A stretch of DNA of 64,000 nt, from contig DDTQ01000006.1 in assembly GCA_002344125.1 (NCBI GenBank), positions 275,581 through 339,580 on the forward strand. Direction: 5' to 3'. This DNA is from Ignavibacteria bacterium UBA2360 (GTDB lineage Bacteria; Bacteroidota; Ignavibacteria; Tepidaquicellales; OLB5). Position 1 is the first letter of the stretch; each line of letters opens with the position of its first letter. The notes beneath the pieces were generated by a model that ran no database searches, was not told the origin of the DNA, and saw nothing but the letters and a program-made list of their open reading frames with translations. The translations under genes and the position numbers were made by a program. This document shows positions 59,395 to 64,000 of the stretch, one piece after another.

Positions 59395-60630
59395 GTGAAC
59401 ATCAAGGAAGCATTAATTTCGGCACTCAATTCCATCAGGGCGAATAAACTTCGCGCTTCGCTGACATTGCTTGGTATAATTATCGGTGTGTTTTCCATAA
59501 TCGGAGTAATGACACTGCTTGATGCTTTACAAAAAGGTATTGATAGCGGTCTTAGTCAGCTTGGAACAAGCACCTTCCAGGTGCAAAAGTGGCCTGCAAC
59601 ATTTGTTTCGGGTCCCGGTAAATGGCGCAAATACGAAAAGCGCCAGCCTATCACAATTGAAGAGGGTTACAGACTCAAAGATCTTGCAGTAACACCCAAG
59701 TATATCGGACTCGAAGACTGGTCTGGCGGTAAAACCGTAAAGTATGGCAGCGGTCAGACGAATCCAAACTTCCAGATGGGCGGTGTTACTACGGAGTTTC
59801 TTCCGGCAAACAATCATACACTAAGCGAAGGAAGATTTTTCACAGAGGAAGAAGTTAAATCAACCAGGCACATCGCGGTAATTGGTATGGAAGTTGTTGA
59901 TAAACTGTTCCCCTTCACTTCCCCGCTTGATAAAGAAATTGAAATTGACGGCACGCGTTTTACGGTGATAGGTGTTTTGACGGCAAAGGGTGAAAACCTG
60001 GGTCAAAGCCAGGATAATATTGTTCTCATACCGCTGCGCACAATGGATAAAATTTACGGTGTGCGTAAGAACCGTTCAATTAACATTACCGTTTCAGCTT
60101 ACAGCAAAGCGCAGCTTGATGAAACCCAGGAAGAAGTCATTGGACTCATGCGGCAGATTCGCAAAGTCCCCCCGGGTGAGGAAAATGATTTTGAAATATG
60201 GTCAAATGAATCTCTTGTGCGAGAGGCAAATAACTTCACCATTTATTTCAAATACGGCGCAGGTGTAATATCGTTTATCTCATTAATTGCAGCGGGAATC
60301 GGGATTATGAACATTATGCTTGTTACGGTTACGGAGCGTACCAAAGAAATCGGAATCAGAATGGCAATTGGCGCGAAGCGCGGTAATATACTAACCCAAT
60401 TTTTATTTGAAGCAATATTGCTTTGCGAGTTAGGGGGACTCATCGGCATTGCCGTTGGAATTGGTATAGGTAACCTGCTTGGCTCAATTTTCAACTTCCC
60501 TGTAACTATTCCTTATGATTGGGTCGCAATAGGCGTGATTGTATGCTCGCTTATCGGAATAATCTTCGGCACTTACCCTGCTTTTAAGGCTGCAAAGCTT
60601 AATCCAATTGATGCTTTGAGATATGAGTAG
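59395..60630 (+). CDS. MacB/FtsX-family ABC permease 2
   Basis: RASLTLLGIIIG, GIMNIMLVTVTERTKEIGIRMAIGA and LNPIDALRYE motifs. Confidence 0.92.
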   Translation: MNIKEALISALNSIRANKLRASLTLLGIIIGVFSIIGVMTLLDALQKGIDSGLSQLGTSTFQVQKWPATFVSGPGKWRKYEKRQPITIEEGYRLKDLAVTPKYIGLEDWSGGKTVKYGSGQTNPNFQMGGVTTEFLPANNHTLSEGRFFTEEEVKSTRHIAVIGMEVVDKLFPFTSPLDKEIEIDGTRFTVIGVLTAKGENLGQSQDNIVLIPLRTMDKIYGVRKNRSINITVSAYSKAQLDETQEEVIGLMRQIRKVPPGEENDFEIWSNESLVREANNFTIYFKYGAGVISFISLIAAGIGIMNIMLVTVTERTKEIGIRMAIGAKRGNILTQFLFEAILLCELGGLIGIAVGIGIGNLLGSIFNFPVTIPYDWVAIGVIVCSLIGIIFGTYPAFKAAKLNPIDALRYE

Positions 60631-61051
60631 ATGTGTGATTGGAAATCAAAAGCATTAACCACGATTTGCAAAAATTACACTAATTACATTTTTGTAAACC
60701 CCAAAATATAACTATTCCTTTTTATGTTACATTACTTCCCTTTTTTTTATGTTTCAGGAAGAGACTAAATAAAGGAAACAATCAGGTTAGTGAAATTCGC
60801 CTCACTTTCGCTATTTGAAAGTTGGTTATTTTTTTTCACGAAATATGACTTTTATCGCTGCATTAAATATCTCTCCTTATCTATACACAAGTGTACAGAT
60901 TAAATTTTTGATTTAATTGACATTTCAAACATATTTCCTTAATTTACACTATAAAATCAACCAAAATTTGAATATTATTCTTCAAATAAAATTATTGCTT
61001 AAGAGCGAAATCCTGTCAAAAGTTGTATGGGTGTTGAATCACTTTTTGACA

Positions 61052-61408
61052 ATGGAATTCTATAGGAAACTTTGCAATAATCTTTATTGGAAGCGCCTTA
61101 CCCCCCATACAGCAAGCTATAATACCAGGTTCTGGATGATCATTTTTACTGCTATGTCAATGATATGGCTGGCATTTTTCTACAATCCCACTGACCCGGC
61201 TAACGCAAATTCTTCAGGGTTCATTATTCTTCTTTTTGCGCTCATCTTTAAACGCTCGGGTATTTCATTTCAATCTATAGTTAAAAATATATCTAAATCT
61301 GTTAACCATAAAATAGATCTGATAACTTATCGCATTCTTGATTCCCTGAATATTTCCCTGTGGCGTTCACAGGAAACATATTTGCGGAAATCCACTCTGT
61401 TAATTTAA
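61052..61408 (+). CDS. Small hypothetical membrane protein
   Basis: Two hydrophobic segments; start re-called to ATG 61052 (the track starts at 60917). Confidence 0.5.
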   Translation: MEFYRKLCNNLYWKRLTPHTASYNTRFWMIIFTAMSMIWLAFFYNPTDPANANSSGFIILLFALIFKRSGISFQSIVKNISKSVNHKIDLITYRILDSLNISLWRSQETYLRKSTLLI

Positions 61409-61536
61409 ACTCAACTGATAATCCGGTTTTTATTTAACCTGTTTTTAATATAACAGGCAATAATTACACATAACATTAAGGGTATTTACCCCGGGGTATT
61501 TATGATAATCTTCATGATACCGGTGTTTTAAGCAAT

Positions 61537-62445
61537 ATGAAAAACAGCAGCACAAATGATAGCATCATTACGGTCAATAAAGATGAGCTTTACAATAGTT
61601 CTTTTAAATATTGCGAGGATATCGCAAAAGGTCACTACGAAAATTTTCCTGTAGCATCACTCCTGCTTCCTAAGGATAAGCGAAAGTATGTTTACGCAAT
61701 ATATGCTTTTGCAAGAGCCGCGGATGATTTTGCCGATGAAGAAGGAATCGAAGGCGGAGCACCTAAGAGGCTTGCCCTGCTGGATGAATGGAACCAAAAG
61801 CTAAAGGATTGCTATAATGGCAAGGCATATGACCCCATTTTCATAGCTCTTGGCAAAACAGTACAAGATTGCAGGATCCCTATTAAGCCGCAGGAGGATC
61901 TTCTGAGTGCATTCAAACAGGATGTTGTTAAGAGCAGGTATAATACGTTTGATGAGGTGTTGGATTACTGCACACGGTCAGCTAATCCGGTAGGCAGACT
62001 TGTATTGATGATATTCGGATGCCACGATGAAGAGTTCTTCAAATATTCAGATAAAATTTGCACTGCTCTTCAATTGACGAACTTCTGGCAGGATGTGGAG
62101 GTTGACCTTAGGAAAGACAGGATATATCTGCCTGAAGAGGATATTAAGCAATTCGGGTATTCATACAGGCAGCTTGAGATGAAACAGGATAACGAGAATT
62201 TCAGGGCACTGATGAAGTATGAAGCAGAAAGAACTCAAGCGATATTTGATGAAGGAAAGAAACTGATTGAAATGACTGCCGGTAATGCAGATACCATGAA
62301 GCTTTCAAAGGAACTCAAATTAACATGGCTTGGCGGTACAACTATATTAGCGAAGTTAAAAGAAATAGACTATAACGTTCTGAATCAACGACCCACAATT
62401 TCAGCGTTTGACAAATTGAGGATTTTTTTAGGTTCAAGATTTTAA
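61537..62445 (+). CDS. hpnC: Squalene synthase HpnC (hydroxysqualene synthase)
   Basis: HYENFPVAS, YAFARAADD.AD, SANPVGRLVL and ALQLTNFWQDV..D motifs. Confidence 0.92.
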   Translation: MKNSSTNDSIITVNKDELYNSSFKYCEDIAKGHYENFPVASLLLPKDKRKYVYAIYAFARAADDFADEEGIEGGAPKRLALLDEWNQKLKDCYNGKAYDPIFIALGKTVQDCRIPIKPQEDLLSAFKQDVVKSRYNTFDEVLDYCTRSANPVGRLVLMIFGCHDEEFFKYSDKICTALQLTNFWQDVEVDLRKDRIYLPEEDIKQFGYSYRQLEMKQDNENFRALMKYEAERTQAIFDEGKKLIEMTAGNADTMKLSKELKLTWLGGTTILAKLKEIDYNVLNQRPTISAFDKLRIFLGSRF

Positions 62446-62457
62446 GTAAAGCATGAA

Positions 62458-62515
62458 ACCTCACCCCCAGTCCCCTCTCCTTCGAGGAGAGGGGTGCCGA
62501 TAGGCGGGGTGAGGT
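62458..62515. repeat. Nested REP-like element ACCTCACCCC..CCCCTCTCC..GGAGAGGGG..GGGGTGAGGT
   Basis: Outer 10-bp and inner 9-bp inverted repeats in the hpnC-hpnD gap; related to the hairpins at 35216-35703. Confidence 0.75.
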
Positions 62516-62569
62516 GTAAATAAGCAGAGCAAAGTTAGAATAATAATTTAAGCAATTAACACAATTAGA

Positions 62570-63412
62570 TTGTCAACAGAACACATCGAAATTACGCAAT
62601 CAAGCAAAACGAATTTTTTATATTCGTTTTCACTGCTGCCAAAGGATAAGTACGAGGCTATTAACACAGTCTACGCCTTTTGCAGGCAAACAGATGACAT
62701 TGTTGATAACGAAGCTGATTCCACCGAGCTCAAGTTTCGCAAAATACGTGAATGGAAAAATGAATTTGAAAAAGCCCTCAAAGGAACATCAAGCTACGCT
62801 CTGCTGAACCAGGTAACTAAGATCATAAGGAATTTTAACATCCCCGTTGAGCCGTTCTTTGAGCTCATAAAAGGTATGGAAGCGGACTTGCAGGTTTCGC
62901 GGTATAAAGATTTTAACACTTTATACCAGTATTGCTTCCGCGCAGCAGCTACTGTTGGCCTTATGTGCATCGAGATCTTCGGCTACAAGACCCAAAGCGC
63001 AAAGGAGTATGCAGTGAATCTTGGTATAGCTCTGCAATTAACAAATATATTAAGGGATGTTAAGTTCGACGCGCTCAACGGAAGAATATACATTCCCGAA
63101 GAGGATATGAAGAAATTTGGATATACTGAAGATGACCTGATGAATTTCAGGTACAATGAATCATTTGTGGAGTTGATGAAATATGAATGCAAACGTGCGC
63201 GTGATTACTTCGAAAAAGCAAACAACGCTTTCGCGAAGGAAGACCGCAAACAGCTTTTCCCTGCACGAATAATGCAGAAGATCTATTTCAATATTCTGCA
63301 AAAAATTGAGAAGATGAATTACAATGTATTCCGCAAAAAAGCTAAGGTTTCAAAACTCAAAAAATTATATTATACATTCGGGGTTTTTGTTAAGTATAAA
63401 TTAGCATATTGA
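62570..63412 (+). CDS. hpnD: Presqualene diphosphate synthase HpnD
   Basis: NFLYSF..LP, YAFCRQTDDIVD, ALQLTNILRDV..DA..GRIY.P motifs. Confidence 0.88.
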   Translation: MSTEHIEITQSSKTNFLYSFSLLPKDKYEAINTVYAFCRQTDDIVDNEADSTELKFRKIREWKNEFEKALKGTSSYALLNQVTKIIRNFNIPVEPFFELIKGMEADLQVSRYKDFNTLYQYCFRAAATVGLMCIEIFGYKTQSAKEYAVNLGIALQLTNILRDVKFDALNGRIYIPEEDMKKFGYTEDDLMNFRYNESFVELMKYECKRARDYFEKANNAFAKEDRKQLFPARIMQKIYFNILQKIEKMNYNVFRKKAKVSKLKKLYYTFGVFVKYKLAY

Positions 63413-64000
63413 ACAGAAGTGTTTCAGTGATTGGCGGCGGTTTAGCGGGACTCTCCTCAGCAGTATTCCTTGCTGAAAAGGGTTATAAGGTCACTTTAAT
63501 TGAAGTATCACCAAAGTTTGGCGGCAGAGTTTATTCGTTCTTTGACAAAGCATCCGGTTTACATATCGATAACGGTCAGCATATACTGGCAAGCTGGTAT
63601 CACAATACTTTTGATTACCTGAAAGTGATAGGTACTTACCACAAGTTGAGCTTCCAGAATCAGCTTGAAGTCATGTTTGCTGATGTTAGCGGGGTTCAAT
63701 ATTCGCTCAAAGCATCAAAGCTCCCTCCCCCCCTGCATCTGGCGGGCGGTATAATGGGATATAAAGCGCTGGGGTTAAGCGATAAGCTTTCAATTGTGAA
63801 ACTTGTGAACAAGATCAAAAAGGGCAAGTATTCTGAATCAGACTTAAATAAAATGAATACAGATAAGCTCTTTGAGTTGAGTTCACAAACTGAAAAAGCA
63901 ATTAATTACTTCTGGAAACCATTCATTATTGCTGTATTCAATGCGGAACCGGAAAATACATCAGCTAACATGTTTTGCGATATCATAAGGCTGGGTTTCA
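63409..64000 (+). CDS. hpnE: Hydroxysqualene dehydroxylase HpnE (runs off the right edge)
   Basis: Manual translation from TTG 63409 (TTGA overlap): VIGGGLAGLSSAV.L, GGRVYSF, IDNGQH; follows hpnC-hpnD. Confidence 0.88.
   Translation, partial: MNRSVSVIGGGLAGLSSAVFLAEKGYKVTLIEVSPKFGGRVYSFFDKASGLHIDNGQHILASWYHNTFDYLKVIGTYHKLSFQNQLEVMFADVSGVQYSLKASKLPPPLHLAGGIMGYKALGLSDKLSIVKLVNKIKKGKYSESDLNKMNTDKLFELSSQTEKAINYFWKPFIIAVFNAEPENTSANMFCDIIRLGF

Noticed and set aside
202-63192. Numerous short ORF-track entries overlapping or antisense to long genes (e.g. 202-495, 1533-1907, 29158-29715, 58279-58950)
   Set aside because: They are shadow frames of well-supported CDSs and carry no recognisable motifs.
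1-64000. tRNA, rRNA, riboswitch, IS, prophage or integrase
   Set aside because: None recognised by eye. A covariance-model scan (tRNAscan-SE, Rfam) of the long intergenic regions would be needed to exclude small RNAs.

Overview
Chromosomal window, most likely from an Ignavibacteria-like (Bacteroidota/Chlorobi-group) bacterium. This placement is inferred from seven secreted proteins ending in an NYPNPFNP-type T9SS C-terminal sorting domain (CTD) and several TTG-N20-TAnnTTTG promoters. About 60 CDSs are mostly housekeeping, envelope or secretion genes: nuoN and a separate nuoK-nuoL, ssb, pyrB, rlmB, pfkA, cdd, tdk, a DinG-family helicase, a TolC/MFP/ABC export operon and hpnCDE. No rRNA, tRNA, CRISPR array, integrase or transposase was recognised. 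The most unusual items are: (1) an AT-rich cassette of four co-oriented, small, apparently paralogous winged-helix-like ORFs (38453-40497) with a 105-bp near-perfect duplicate of the first gene's 3' end upstream; (2) a pyrB whose conserved N-terminus has no ATG/GTG/TTG start and probably begins at ACG, directly behind a COG2403 (arginine synthetase ArcE-like) gene; (3) a related repeat in front of each of three consecutive genes (4201, 5311, 6183); (4) two periodic arrays of unknown function (15-nt palindromic units at 17801-17890, about 20-nt TAAGGT units at 46651-46810); (5) intergenic mosaics of many REP-like hairpin families; (6) a cargo-less CTD-like protein, a sigma54-type activator lacking GAFTGA, and an MFS/DMT-like/HAD operon. 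All family assignments come from motif recognition by eye; no database searches were run.
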